Shown here: in pieces, positions 49,731 through 59,901 of the stretch
Layout: every line of letters begins with the position of its first letter
Position numbering within the stretch: the first letter of the stretch is position 1
Origin: an uncultured Acetobacteraceae bacterium
GTDB taxonomy: Bacteria; Pseudomonadota; Alphaproteobacteria; Acetobacterales; Acetobacteraceae
Length of the DNA stretch: 64,000 nucleotides
Direction of reading: 5' to 3'
NCBI GenBank assembly: GCA_964242925.1
Contig: CAXTBW010000003.1
Span: forward strand, 5,126 to 69,125
Translations under genes and position numbers: made by a program
Notes under the pieces: model-generated
Told to the model about the DNA's origin: nothing
Database searches by the model: none
The model's input: the letters and a program-made list of their open reading frames with translations, nothing else

Positions 49731-51230
49731 ATGTTGCAGATCCCTGTTTTGGAGCGTTCACCCGGGCGGGTTTTAAACCGCGGCGACTTGCTCGCCCTGC
49801 TCGCTTGCATAACGCTTCTGCTAAGCATCGGCGCCGCGGCCGCCTGGCAGTCGGAGGCGAACGCCGCGGCGCTGCGGCTCGCGCGACAGACGCGGCTGCT
49901 GCGCGACCAGGTGACGGGCCTGATGCTCGCTGCGCAGGAGGCGGAGTCGTCGCAGCGGGGCTATCTGCTGACGCTCGACCCGACCTATCTGGAACCGTTC
50001 ACCGATGCGGAACGGAAAACGCCGCCCTTGTTGGCGGACCTGGCGTCCAGCTGGCCCGGAGATCCGCGCAGCATGGTCTTGCGCGACGTGCTGGCCGCCA
50101 AGTTCGCAGAGCTCGGCGAAACGATCCGGCTGGCGCGGTCCGGCGATCAGGCCGGTGCGATGCGGATCGTGCGATCGAACGCCGGCAACGAGGCGATGCA
50201 GGTCATCCGCCAAACCGTCTCGGCGTTGGAGACGGAGTTGGACGCGAGGCTGGCCGGGCAGGTGGCGGCGATGACGCGGGGCGGCCGGTTGCTGGTCGCC
50301 ATCGACTTGGCCGGGCTGGCGATGATCTTCGCATTGGCCGGGCTGATCGCGCTGGGCTTGCGGCGCACGGTGGCGACCCTGCGGACGTCGCAGGCGCAGA
50401 CCGCCACAGCGTACGGCGCGCTTGAACTGGTGAACGAAGGGCTGGACGAAATGGTCCGGCAGCGCACGGCCGACTTGTCGAATGCGAATGAGGAGATCCA
50501 GCGGTTCGCCTACATCGTGTCGCATGACCTGCGTGCGCCGCTGGTCAACATCATGGGCTTCACCAGCGAGCTGGACCAGGCATCTGCGATGTTGCTGGAA
50601 CATGCGTCGGCCGAGGCAACGCCGGGTCACGTGCGGGAGATCGTGGCGAACGAGATTCCGGAAGCGCTGCGGTTCATCCGCTCCTCGACGACGAAGATGG
50701 ACGGGCTGATCAAGGCGATCCTGCGGCTGTCGCGGGAGGGACGGCGCGTGCTGGCGCCGGAGCCGCTCGACATGGCGGCGACGTTGCGCACCTTGATGGA
50801 CAGCCTGGAGCACCAGGCCTCGCAGAAGGCGGCGACGGTCAGCATCGGATCGGTCCCCGCGATCACGGCGGACCGGCTGGCGGTGGAGCAGGTGTTCGGC
50901 AACGTGTTGGAGAACGCGTTGAAATACCTCAAGCCGGGCCGCCCGGGCGTGATCAGCGTGACAGGACGGGTGGACGGCGCCATGGCCTGCTTCGAGGTGA
51001 CCGACAACGGCCGCGGCATTGCGGAACGCGACTACGAGCGGGTGTTCGACCTGTTTCGCCGCGCCGGCGACCAGTCGGTGCCCGGCGAAGGCATTGGGCT
51101 GGCGCATGTCCGCGCCCTGGTGCGGCGGCTGGGCGGCACAATTGGTTGCAGTTCGACGTTGGACATTGGCTCGACGTTCATCATCTGTCTGCCGCAGTCG
51201 CCGCAATGGGCGAGGGAGACGGTCGCGTGA
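49731..51230 (+). CDS. CHASE3-domain sensor histidine kinase
   Basis: Two TM helices, AESSQRGYLLT (CHASE3), FAYIVSHDLRAPL, GEGIGL. Confidence 0.92.
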   Translation: MLQIPVLERSPGRVLNRGDLLALLACITLLLSIGAAAAWQSEANAAALRLARQTRLLRDQVTGLMLAAQEAESSQRGYLLTLDPTYLEPFTDAERKTPPLLADLASSWPGDPRSMVLRDVLAAKFAELGETIRLARSGDQAGAMRIVRSNAGNEAMQVIRQTVSALETELDARLAGQVAAMTRGGRLLVAIDLAGLAMIFALAGLIALGLRRTVATLRTSQAQTATAYGALELVNEGLDEMVRQRTADLSNANEEIQRFAYIVSHDLRAPLVNIMGFTSELDQASAMLLEHASAEATPGHVREIVANEIPEALRFIRSSTTKMDGLIKAILRLSREGRRVLAPEPLDMAATLRTLMDSLEHQASQKAATVSIGSVPAITADRLAVEQVFGNVLENALKYLKPGRPGVISVTGRVDGAMACFEVTDNGRGIAERDYERVFDLFRRAGDQSVPGEGIGLAHVRALVRRLGGTIGCSSTLDIGSTFIICLPQSPQWARETVA

Positions 51231-51667
51231 ACGCCAACCCGGTGACGATCCTGCTGATCGAGGACGATCCCGGCCATGCCCGGTTGATCGAGAAGAACGT
51301 GCGCCGCGCGGGGGTGAACAACGCCATCACGCCCTTTACCGACGGCACGGCGGCGATGGAGCACCTGTTCGGGACCTCGCCGGGCGGTGGCCGCCGGGTG
51401 CAGCTGCCGGTGCTGGTGCTGCTGGACCTGAACCTGCCGGACATGAGCGGGACCGACATCCTGGCGCGGATCAAGTCCGACGAGCTGCTGCGCCGGGTCC
51501 CCGTGATCGTGCTGACGACGACGGACGACAAGCTGGAGATCCAGCGCTGCTACGACCTCGGCTGCAACGTCTACATCACCAAACCGGTCGAGTACGAGAG
51601 CTTCGCCGTGGCGATCCGGCAGCTCGGCCTGTTCCTCGCGGTGATGCAGGTCCCCGAGTCGGATTGA
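51227..51667 (+). CDS. Single-domain response regulator (Rcp1-like)
   Basis: LIEDD, LLDLNLP, VLTTTDD, CNVYITKPV. Confidence 0.92.
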   Translation: MNANPVTILLIEDDPGHARLIEKNVRRAGVNNAITPFTDGTAAMEHLFGTSPGGGRRVQLPVLVLLDLNLPDMSGTDILARIKSDELLRRVPVIVLTTTDDKLEIQRCYDLGCNVYITKPVEYESFAVAIRQLGLFLAVMQVPESD

Positions 51668-51669
51668 CG

Positions 51670-52731
51670 GTGCCAGACGGCCCCGCCGCTCCGGTCCGCG
51701 TGCTGTATGTGGACGACGACACCGGCACTTGCCGTCTGGTGCGGCGGCATCTGGAGCGCGAGGGATTCAGCGTCGAGGTCGCCGGCGATGGCGAGTTGGG
51801 GTTGGAGCGGGCGCGGGCGCAGTCGTTCGACGTGATTGCGCTGGACCACTACATGCCCGGCCGCGACGGGCTGGACGTGCTGGCCGACCTCATCGCGCTG
51901 CCCAACGCCCCGCCGGTGATCTTCGTCACGGCGGCGGAGGAGCCGCGGATCGCCGTGACCGCGCTGAAGGCGGGCGCGTTCGACTACGTGGTGAAGGACG
52001 TGCAGGGCACGTTCCTGGAGTTCATGGGCACCTCCATCCGCCAGTCGCAGGTGCAGGCGCGGCTGCGGCGCGAGCGGGCGGCGGCGCTGTTGGAGCTGCA
52101 GGACAGCCGCGACCGGCTGGAGACGTTGGCGGCGCAGCAGGCGGTGCTGCTGAAGGAGGTCAACCACCGGGTCGCCAACAGCTTGCAGCTGATCTCGTCG
52201 CTGATCGGGCTGCAGGGCCGCAAGGTGGCCGACCCGGACGCGCGGGAGGCGCTGAAGCGCGCTGCGGAGCGGGTGGAGGCGGTGATGCTGGTGCACCGGC
52301 GGCTCTACACCAGCAACGACGTCGAGTTCGTGGCGATGGACCAGTACCTCGAGGGCCTGATCGAGGAGCTTCGGCGGGCGGTTGCGGCGGAGGAACGGCC
52401 GGGCCGGATCACCGTGACATCGGACCCGATCCGGGTGGAGACGGATAAAGCGGTGTCGCTAGGGCTGATCGTGAACGAGCTGGTCACCAACGCGCTGAAA
52501 TACGCCTACCCGGGCCGGGATGGCGACATCCGCGTCAGCTTCGAGCGCAAGGCGGGCGCGATCCAGCTGACCGTCGAGGATGATGGCGTGGGCTACGTGG
52601 ATGGCGCGGCGCCGAAGGGCAGCGGGTTGGGCGGCGTGATCGTCAACGCGATGGCGCGCATGGTGAAGGCGACGGTGGCGCTCGACCCGGCGCATAGCGG
52701 CACGCGGGTGGTGCTCAGCCTGGCTGAGTGA
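51670..52731 (+). CDS. REC-HisKA_2/HWE-type histidine kinase
   Basis: N-terminal REC, LKEVNHRVANSLQ (HRxxN), NELVTNALKYA, GSGLG. Confidence 0.9.
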   Translation: MPDGPAAPVRVLYVDDDTGTCRLVRRHLEREGFSVEVAGDGELGLERARAQSFDVIALDHYMPGRDGLDVLADLIALPNAPPVIFVTAAEEPRIAVTALKAGAFDYVVKDVQGTFLEFMGTSIRQSQVQARLRRERAAALLELQDSRDRLETLAAQQAVLLKEVNHRVANSLQLISSLIGLQGRKVADPDAREALKRAAERVEAVMLVHRRLYTSNDVEFVAMDQYLEGLIEELRRAVAAEERPGRITVTSDPIRVETDKAVSLGLIVNELVTNALKYAYPGRDGDIRVSFERKAGAIQLTVEDDGVGYVDGAAPKGSGLGGVIVNAMARMVKATVALDPAHSGTRVVLSLAE

Positions 52732-53923
52732 TCTGGTTTCGTCGGAGCCAGTTCAGGGCTGCCTCGCCGGCCGCGAAGCCGGTGCTGAAGGCGGCCTGCA
52801 GCAGGTAGCCGCCCGTCGGCGCCTCCCAATCCAGCATCTCCCCGGCGAGGAACACTCCCGGATCCAGGGGAGCGTCGAACCGGACGCCGCCGGCGGTCGA
52901 GATCGCGCGCGCCAGTCCGGTCGTGCCGGACAGCCGCAGCGGCAGCGCCTTGATGGCGCCGGCAAGGTCTGCCCGGACGCCCGCGCACTCCCGCAGCAGG
53001 GCGACCGAGACGGGCGGCAGGCCGGCCGCCTTGCGCAGGAAGGTGGACAGCGACTGGGCGCGGCGCGGGGCCGAGAGGCGACGGCGCAGCTCGTCCGACG
53101 CGAGGTCGGGGCGCAGGTCGAGGGTTGCGACCGCGTGACCGTCGGCGGCGATCGCGTCGCGCAGGGCGGCGCCCAGGGCATAGAACGGGCCGCCCTCGAC
53201 GCCGGCCGCGGTGAGCGTGGCATCGCCCGGGACGCGGTTGGCGCCCACCGTGAGCGCGATGCGCTTGAGCGGCGCGCCCGCGTGACGCGCCATGTGCGGC
53301 GACCAGGCGGCGGTGAACCCGCAATTGGCCGGCCGGAACGACGCCAGCGCGGCGCTGGGGAACGCGCTGGCCCAGGCGCCGTCGGAGCCGAGGCGGGGCC
53401 ACGAGGCGCCGCCCATCGCCAGGACCAACGGCCCGGGCGGCAGCGTCGCGGCCGGGTCGAACACCGCGGCGCCGTCCGCGTCCCAGCCGAGCCAGCGGTG
53501 GCGCAGGCGGAAGCGCACGCCGAGCCCGTCCAGCCGGCGCAACCAGGCGCGCAGCAGCGGCGACGCCTTCATCGCGCGCGGGAACACGCGTCCGCTGCTG
53601 CCGGTGAACACGGGTTGGCCGAGCGCCTCGCACCAGGCGCGCAAGGCGTCCGGCGGGAAGGCGCGGATGGCGGGCGCGAGCGCGTCGGTGGCGGCGCCGT
53701 AGCGGCCGAGCAGCGCGTCGAGCGGCTCCGCATGGGTGAGGTTCAGCCCACCGGCGCCGGCCATCAGCAGCTTGCGGCCCGGCGACGGCATGCGGTCGAA
53801 CACGGTCACGGTCACGCCGCCCAGCGCCATGCGCTCAGCCGCCATCAGGCCGGCGGGCCCGGCGCCGATGACGGTCGCGGAGACGCTAGCCACATCAGGG
53901 TCGTTGGGGGATGCTGCGGTCAT
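52715..53923 (-). CDS. HI0933/BaiN-like flavoprotein (TIGR03862-type)
   Basis: [43 protein letters not shown]; start may be 53893. Confidence 0.85.
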   Translation of the reverse strand: MTAASPNDPDVASVSATVIGAGPAGLMAAERMALGGVTVTVFDRMPSPGRKLLMAGAGGLNLTHAEPLDALLGRYGAATDALAPAIRAFPPDALRAWCEALGQPVFTGSSGRVFPRAMKASPLLRAWLRRLDGLGVRFRLRHRWLGWDADGAAVFDPAATLPPGPLVLAMGGASWPRLGSDGAWASAFPSAALASFRPANCGFTAAWSPHMARHAGAPLKRIALTVGANRVPGDATLTAAGVEGGPFYALGAALRDAIAADGHAVATLDLRPDLASDELRRRLSAPRRAQSLSTFLRKAAGLPPVSVALLRECAGVRADLAGAIKALPLRLSGTTGLARAISTAGGVRFDAPLDPGVFLAGEMLDWEAPTGGYLLQAAFSTGFAAGEAALNWLRRNQITQPG

Positions 53924-55034
53924 GATCGAACAGGTTGAAGCGGTTGTCCTGGGGGCCGGCGTGGTCGGCCTGGCAGTGGCGCGGGCGCTGGCGATGTCTG
54001 GCCGCGAGGTGCTGCTGCTGGAGGCGGCGGGCGGCATCGGCACCGTCACGTCGTCGCGCAACAGCGAGGTGGTGCATGCCGGTATCTACTATCCGACGGG
54101 CAGCCTCAAGGCGCGGCTATGCGTGGCGGGGCGGACCGCGCTGTACGGCTACTGCGCGGACCACGGCGTGCCCATCAGCAAGATCGGCAAGCTGATCGTC
54201 GCCAGCGACCCGGCGGAATCAGCTCGGCTCGAGGCCATCCAGGTGCAGGCGGCGGCCAATGGCGTGGCGCTGACCCAACTGAGCGGGGCGGCTGCGCGGG
54301 AGATGGAACCGGCGTTGCGGGTCGATTCGGCCCTGCACTCGCCGGAAACGGGGATCATCGACAGCCACGCGCTGATGCTGGCCTACCAGGGCGAGATGGA
54401 AGAGGCGGGCGGCATGCTGGCGGTGCACTCGCCGCTGGCGGGGGGCGCGGTGGAGGATGACGGCATCCGTCTGCAGGTGGGCGGCGAGCACCCGATGCAG
54501 CTGCACTGCCGGGTGTTGGTGAACGCGGTGGGGCTGCACGCGCCGGACGTGGCGCGCAGCATCTCCGGCATTCCGTCGCAGAGCATCCCGCGGGCATATC
54601 TGTGCAAGGGCAGCTACTATGGGCTGGCCGGACGCGCGCCGTTCAGCCGGTTGATCTACCCGGTGCCGGAGCCGGGCGGGCTAGGCGTGCACCTGACGTT
54701 GGACCTGGGCGGGCAGGCGCGGTTCGGACCGGACGTGGAGTGGGTGGACCACGAGGAGTACGACGTGGATCTGTCGCGCGCCGCCGGGTTCTACGCCGCG
54801 ATCCGGCGCTATTGGCCCGGGTTGGCGGATGGCGCGCTGGTGCCGGGCTACGCCGGAATCCGCCCCAAGATCAGCGGCCCAGGGCAGCCGGCCGCGGACT
54901 TCGCGTTGGTGGGCCCGACCACGCATGGCGTGCCCGGCCTGGTGAACCTGTTCGGGATCGAGAGCCCGGGGCTCACCGCCTCATTGGCGATCGGCGACGC
55001 GGTGCTGCGGCGCCTCGAGGGGGATGAGTCCTGA
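53922..55034 (+). CDS. FAD-dependent oxidoreductase, L-2-hydroxyglutarate oxidase family
   Basis: [35 protein letters not shown]. Confidence 0.88.
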   Translation: MIEQVEAVVLGAGVVGLAVARALAMSGREVLLLEAAGGIGTVTSSRNSEVVHAGIYYPTGSLKARLCVAGRTALYGYCADHGVPISKIGKLIVASDPAESARLEAIQVQAAANGVALTQLSGAAAREMEPALRVDSALHSPETGIIDSHALMLAYQGEMEEAGGMLAVHSPLAGGAVEDDGIRLQVGGEHPMQLHCRVLVNAVGLHAPDVARSISGIPSQSIPRAYLCKGSYYGLAGRAPFSRLIYPVPEPGGLGVHLTLDLGGQARFGPDVEWVDHEEYDVDLSRAAGFYAAIRRYWPGLADGALVPGYAGIRPKISGPGQPAADFALVGPTTHGVPGLVNLFGIESPGLTASLAIGDAVLRRLEGDES

Positions 55035-55075
55035 TGCCGGTCCGCTGCCACATTCACTGCTGAAGGAGCCGCGCC

Positions 55076-55852
55076 ATGCCGCCCGACGCCTGGGACCCGG
55101 CGCTGTATCGCCGCTTCGAAGACCAGCGCACCCGCCCGGCTCGCGACCTGCTCGCGGCCGCGCCATTGGCCGCGGCGCGGCGCGTGGTGGACCTTGGCTG
55201 CGGCCCAGGCAACAGCACCGAACTGCTTGCGCAACGATTTCCGGGCGCCGCCGTGCTGGGGGTGGACACCTCGCAGTCGATGCTGGCGAGCGCGCGTGAG
55301 CGGCTGCCGGGCTGCGATTTCGTGGCCGGCGACATCGCGGACTGGACGCCGGAGCAGCCTCCGGATCTGATCTACGCCAACGCCGCGCTGCATTGGGTCC
55401 CGGACCACGCGGCGCTGTTCCCGCGGCTGCTCGGGATGCTGGCGCCGGGCGGGGTGCTCGCGGTGCAAATGCCGGACAACCGGGAGGAGCCGTCGCACCG
55501 GCTGATGCGGGACGTTGCGGCGGCGGGCCCGTGGGCGGCGAAGCTGGCGGATGCGGGCGAGCAGGTGCGCGTGCTGCCAGCCCGCGCGTACTACGATCTG
55601 CTGGCGGGCGCGGGGGCGGCGGTGGAAGTCTGGCGCACCGTGTACCACCATCCGATGGCGTCGGCCGGCGCGATCGTGGACTGGGTCAAGGGCACGGGGT
55701 TGCAGCCGTTCCTGACACGGCTCAGGGCGGACGAGCAGGCGGCGTTCTGCGCGCAATATGAGGCGGCGGTGGCGCAGGCCTACGCGCCGTGCGCCGACGG
55801 GATGCGGCTGTTGCTGTTTCCGCGGCTTTTCGTGGTCGCGACCGTTATGTAA
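55076..55852 (+). CDS. tam: Trans-aconitate 2-methyltransferase
   Basis: [45 protein letters not shown]. Confidence 0.92.
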   Translation: MPPDAWDPALYRRFEDQRTRPARDLLAAAPLAAARRVVDLGCGPGNSTELLAQRFPGAAVLGVDTSQSMLASARERLPGCDFVAGDIADWTPEQPPDLIYANAALHWVPDHAALFPRLLGMLAPGGVLAVQMPDNREEPSHRLMRDVAAAGPWAAKLADAGEQVRVLPARAYYDLLAGAGAAVEVWRTVYHHPMASAGAIVDWVKGTGLQPFLTRLRADEQAAFCAQYEAAVAQAYAPCADGMRLLLFPRLFVVATVM

Positions 55853-55912
55853 CGACTTGTCACCTGGGTGTTTTTTTGGTTCGGTGTGCGGACGAAATCC
55901 AGGAGGTCACGC

Positions 55913-56626
55913 GTGCTGACGAAGCGGTTCGCCCGAGCATCCCATCGCGCCTGCGCCTTGCTGTTGGCCGCGTGTCTGACCCTGACTGGATGCGCTGCCG
56001 GCGCCGTCGCCGATGACCCGTCGCTGAGCCCGGAGGAGAACCAGCTGCGCAAGGCGAACGCGCGCTTCACGCAGACGGTGGGCGAGGGCGCGGCGGTCGG
56101 CGCGATCGCCGGCGGGCTTGCGGGGGCGTTGCTGGGTGGGCGCAACCGGGTGGCGATGGCGGCGCTCGGCGCAACGGCCGGCGGTGCTTTGGGCGCCGGC
56201 GCGGGCTTCCTGGTGGCGCGGAACAATGCTGCGCGCACGCACTCGGAAGCGGACTACAACACGGCGATCGACCAGGCGCAGCAGGACGCGGCGGCGTATC
56301 GCACGTCGGCCGACGCGGCGCGTGGGATCGCCAGCAACTGCGTTGCGCAGATCAACGCGCTGGACCGGCAATACCGCGCGCGGCAAATCACGGCAGCGCA
56401 GTTCCGCGCCAGCGTGGCGCACTATCAGAAGGACAATGAATTGCTGCAGGCGCAGGTGACCGGCGCGCAGGACACGGCGAACTCGCTGCGCACCATGGGC
56501 GCCACCGGCAACACCGCGGGGTCGGCGAACAGCACCGCGGCGGATATCGATGGGTCGCGCCAGTCGTTGGCGAGCAGCGCCGCCGCGATCAGCCAGGCGC
56601 TGTCGCGGGTGCCGCAGGGGGCGTGA
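55913..56626 (+). CDS. Glycine-zipper lipoprotein, TagQ-like
   Basis: AGGAGG RBS, lipobox LTGC, GAAVGAIAGGLAGALLGG..GATAGGALGAGAG zipper, C-terminal coiled coil. Confidence 0.7.
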   Translation: MLTKRFARASHRACALLLAACLTLTGCAAGAVADDPSLSPEENQLRKANARFTQTVGEGAAVGAIAGGLAGALLGGRNRVAMAALGATAGGALGAGAGFLVARNNAARTHSEADYNTAIDQAQQDAAAYRTSADAARGIASNCVAQINALDRQYRARQITAAQFRASVAHYQKDNELLQAQVTGAQDTANSLRTMGATGNTAGSANSTAADIDGSRQSLASSAAAISQALSRVPQGA

Positions 56627-57114
56627 TGGTGCATCGTAGGATTGCCGCGTTGGCCGCGGCTGCTGCATTGGCCGGCTGCTCCGCGGGCGCCTGCGATCCA
56701 TCGCAAGCCGGCTTCCTGAGCGGGATCGGTTGCGAGGCGTCGGGCGCCTACACGCAGCGCAACCAGGCGCAGCAGGCGAGCCTGGCGCAGAGCCGCGCCG
56801 CCGCGTTGCAGGAACAGGCCGGCGCGGCCCAGGCGCAGGATGAAGCAACGGGCGCCCAAATGGCGCTGGACGAGCGGCGGCGGCGGCTGGGCGCGATCGA
56901 CGCGCAGAACGCGGCGCTGCGGCGTCGGCTGGCGACGTTGCAGGGCAACAACCGGGTCAACCAGGCGCAGCTTGCGAGCGCGCAGGCGCAGCTGAGCGAG
57001 ATCAATCGCCGCCGGGCCAGCTTACCCGCAACGCCGGATCCGGCCGCCGTACGCGACCTGGAACGGCAGCAGCAGAACCTGCAGGCAACGGTGCGGGATT
57101 TGGGCAACCTGTAG
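56623..57114 (+). CDS. Coiled-coil lipoprotein
   Basis: Lipobox LAGC, CDPSQAGFLSGIGC motif, long Gln/Ala/Arg heptads; overlaps upstream stop. Confidence 0.7.
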   Translation: MMVHRRIAALAAAAALAGCSAGACDPSQAGFLSGIGCEASGAYTQRNQAQQASLAQSRAAALQEQAGAAQAQDEATGAQMALDERRRRLGAIDAQNAALRRRLATLQGNNRVNQAQLASAQAQLSEINRRRASLPATPDPAAVRDLERQQQNLQATVRDLGNL

Positions 57115-57151
57115 CCGTCGTTTGCCCCGGCATGACGATGCAGGCCGGGGC

Positions 57152-58693
57152 CTACCGCGGCGGGGGCGCCGAGTTGGAGGGGACGGCCAGGATGGCGGCG
57201 ACCACCTCGTCCGTCGCCAGGTGGCGGCCGGTCACTATGGCGGCGACGTGCTTCAACACGATTGGCATGAACGCCGCCTCCCGCGTGCGGCCGCGGTTGC
57301 CGAGTTGGGTCAGCAGCAGCGCGGCCTGCCCATCCACCTGGCTGTGGACCGAGCTGTCCGCCATCTGCCGGATCAGCCGGCTGTAGCCGTCTGCGGTGCC
57401 CGCGATGTAGTAGCGCAGCCGCGCGGCCGCGACATGGTTTTGCCTGTTGAGTTCGGCCTGGCTCGCGACGCCCTCGGCCACGCGCTCCAGCACCCCCGCG
57501 ATGTAGTCGGTGGTCCAGATGCTCTGCGCCAGCGTGACGGCGGCCTCGAGTTCGGCGCCGATGGCTGCCTTGGCCTGGTCATCCCGGTCGCGCTGGCTTG
57601 ACGACAATGCGTCGGTGATGCGGTCGAGCCCGTCGCGAACTGCGGGGTCGAGCGCCTGGCCTTTGAGCAGCGCGATCAGGCGGCGCGGGTCGTCCACCGC
57701 CTGAGTGGTGGCGCCCGACACCGCGTCGAAGGCGGCGCGGTCGGCCTCCACGTCGGCCAGGCCGTCGGCGGTGGTGGCGGACAGCACCACGCGGAAGCCG
57801 ACTGTCGCCAGCCGGGTCGGGGTGTTGTCGGCGGAATTGTACGGCGGCATCTCGTCGCGCATCGCCGTGTGCAGGCTGGCGGGGGGCGAAGTGTAGTTGC
57901 CGCCGCGCAGCACGACGCCGCCGGCCTGGCCCTGCTCACGGCCGACCCGGTTCAGCCGGTAGGGGCCGAGCATCATCTGCGACACGTTGCCCAGCACGTC
58001 GTAGAGCCCGAGCGGGTTGGGCAGCAGCAGCCCGACCTGCTGCGGCTTGCCCGCTGTCAGCCTTGTGCCGGCCATGGCGTAGCGTTCGATCCCCTCCGGC
58101 ATGGGCCAGAGCGGGCCCAGGAAGTCCTCGTCGCTGACCTTGGCGCCGCCGCGCGCGGCGTACTCCCACTCGTCCTCGGTGGGCAGGCGGATGAAACCGA
58201 ACGAGCCGCCGCGATGCGGCAGCTTGTCGCGCGCGTTGGTCAGCAGCCACGTGGAGTAGCGGGCGCCGAAGTCGATCGCCTCGGGCCAGCCGACGGAACT
58301 CTGTGCGACGCGGCCGGCCGGGCTGGCGGTGGGGCAGGGCGGTTGCCGCATGGCGGCGAACTGGTCGCGAGTGACGTCGTATTTGCCCATCCAGAACAGT
58401 TTGTGGCCGGGTTCGCCGAAGGGCGCGGCCAGGTAGGCGCCGCGGGTGAACTCGCTATAGCCGAGGTCGGTGCCAGCCTGGCCGAGCAGCATGCCGTGGT
58501 CGTCCAGCGCGCCCGTGTCGGTCGGCACCTCGACCGGGCGGAACACCATGGCGCCGCCGCACGGCATCGGCAGCACTAGGTCGTCGTCGGCGGGGTGCGG
58601 GTTGTACAGCCGCGGGTCCCAGTTGGCCGTGGCAGGGGGGGCGGCGTGCGCGGCGTTGGCCAGCAACAGCAGAATGGCGGCAAAACGAATCAT
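57152..58693 (-). CDS. Exported FGE-sulfatase (SUMF1) domain protein, TagR-like
   Basis: Signal peptide, LVLPMPCGGAMVF, RLPTEDEWEYAARGG, PNPLGLYDVLGNV, GFRVV; helical C-terminal extension. Confidence 0.82.
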   Translation of the reverse strand: MIRFAAILLLLANAAHAAPPATANWDPRLYNPHPADDDLVLPMPCGGAMVFRPVEVPTDTGALDDHGMLLGQAGTDLGYSEFTRGAYLAAPFGEPGHKLFWMGKYDVTRDQFAAMRQPPCPTASPAGRVAQSSVGWPEAIDFGARYSTWLLTNARDKLPHRGGSFGFIRLPTEDEWEYAARGGAKVSDEDFLGPLWPMPEGIERYAMAGTRLTAGKPQQVGLLLPNPLGLYDVLGNVSQMMLGPYRLNRVGREQGQAGGVVLRGGNYTSPPASLHTAMRDEMPPYNSADNTPTRLATVGFRVVLSATTADGLADVEADRAAFDAVSGATTQAVDDPRRLIALLKGQALDPAVRDGLDRITDALSSSQRDRDDQAKAAIGAELEAAVTLAQSIWTTDYIAGVLERVAEGVASQAELNRQNHVAAARLRYYIAGTADGYSRLIRQMADSSVHSQVDGQAALLLTQLGNRGRTREAAFMPIVLKHVAAIVTGRHLATDEVVAAILAVPSNSAPPPR

Positions 58694-59901
58694 GCGCTGC
58701 TCACTCCCTCCCACGGGGCCACCCGCGCGGCCCGGGCGCCTGCCGCGGCGGCAACGGCGATGGACCCTAGCACCGTGGCCAGCGCGGCAAGAAACGCCGC
58801 CGGCCAGGTGATGCGGCACAACGGGCGGTCCAGTTGCAAGGTCCCGGCGAACAGGACGTTGATCACGGCGGCGGCCGCCAGCGCGACGGACAGGGCGAGC
58901 GCCGTCCCGATCGCCGCCAGCACGGCGGCCTGCGCCATCGGGAACAATCGCAGCGCGCCGGACCGCATTCCCAGGAAGCGCAGCAACGCCAACGACACAC
59001 GCTTGCGCTCCACGTTCGCCCATAGCCCGGCGCCGAGCGCCACCAGGAACCCGGCCGCCCCCAGCCCGGCGATCAGCGCGAACAACAACGTGAGGTTCGC
59101 GTCGATGCGCAGCAGGTCCGCCACATCGCCGGCGCGGGAGGCGACCTCGATCCCCATCGCGCGCAAGGCGACGTCCAGCGCCGGAACCTCGTCCAGCCGC
59201 GCGGCGTATAGGCGGAACCCGGCGTAGTCCGGCCGCGCCGGCATGGGCAGTTCGGCGAGGCTGCCGGCCGGGGCGCCTGCGCGGTTGTCCTGGAAATCCT
59301 CGACGAACACCGCGAGCGGCAGAGTGACGAAGGCGCCATCGCGGCGGAACGCGGCCGGCGCGGCCACCGCTTGCACGGTGAGCGCCAGCGGCACGCTCTC
59401 ACGCCGCCCGTCGCGGATGCGGGCCAGGCGACCGGCCAAGGTGTCGCCCGCCGCCACGTGCAGCCGCGACGCGACCGAAGCGCTGAGCACGATTCGGTCC
59501 GACGCCGTCGGCCCGGCGCCGGTCGGCAAAAGCGGGTCGCCGGGTGCGGTGGGGATCAGGTCGGCGCGCACGCCCTCGCCCGGCGCGTCCGTCCGCTCCA
59601 GCAGCAGGCTGGCCGCGAGGGTGCGGGTGCGCGGGGCGAGGAACGCCACGTCCGGCCGGGCGGCCAGTTGGGCAAGCAGCGCCGCGTCGATGGTGCGATT
59701 GGCGGCGGTGACGATCTCGCGCGCATGCGGGTCCTCCAGCAGCAACTCGCGCAACCCGGCGATGACGCCGGCGCGCAGGCCCGCGAGCACGATCAGCGGC
59801 GCCAGCACGGCGGCGAGCGAGAGGATGGTGCAGGCGGCGAGCACCCGCTCCGACAGCAGGTCCGCCATGGCGAGGCGTGGCGCGAGCCGCAGCGCGTTCA
59901 A
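58690..59901 (-). CDS. FtsX/LolE-like ABC permease, TagS-like
   Basis: LAAVLAPLIVLAGLRAG TM1, large periplasmic loop, NVERKRVSLALLRFLG, three C-terminal TMs. Confidence 0.82.
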   Translation of the reverse strand: MNALRLAPRLAMADLLSERVLAACTILSLAAVLAPLIVLAGLRAGVIAGLRELLLEDPHAREIVTAANRTIDAALLAQLAARPDVAFLAPRTRTLAASLLLERTDAPGEGVRADLIPTAPGDPLLPTGAGPTASDRIVLSASVASRLHVAAGDTLAGRLARIRDGRRESVPLALTVQAVAAPAAFRRDGAFVTLPLAVFVEDFQDNRAGAPAGSLAELPMPARPDYAGFRLYAARLDEVPALDVALRAMGIEVASRAGDVADLLRIDANLTLLFALIAGLGAAGFLVALGAGLWANVERKRVSLALLRFLGMRSGALRLFPMAQAAVLAAIGTALALSVALAAAAVINVLFAGTLQLDRPLCRITWPAAFLAALATVLGSIAVAAAAGARAARVAPWEGVSSA

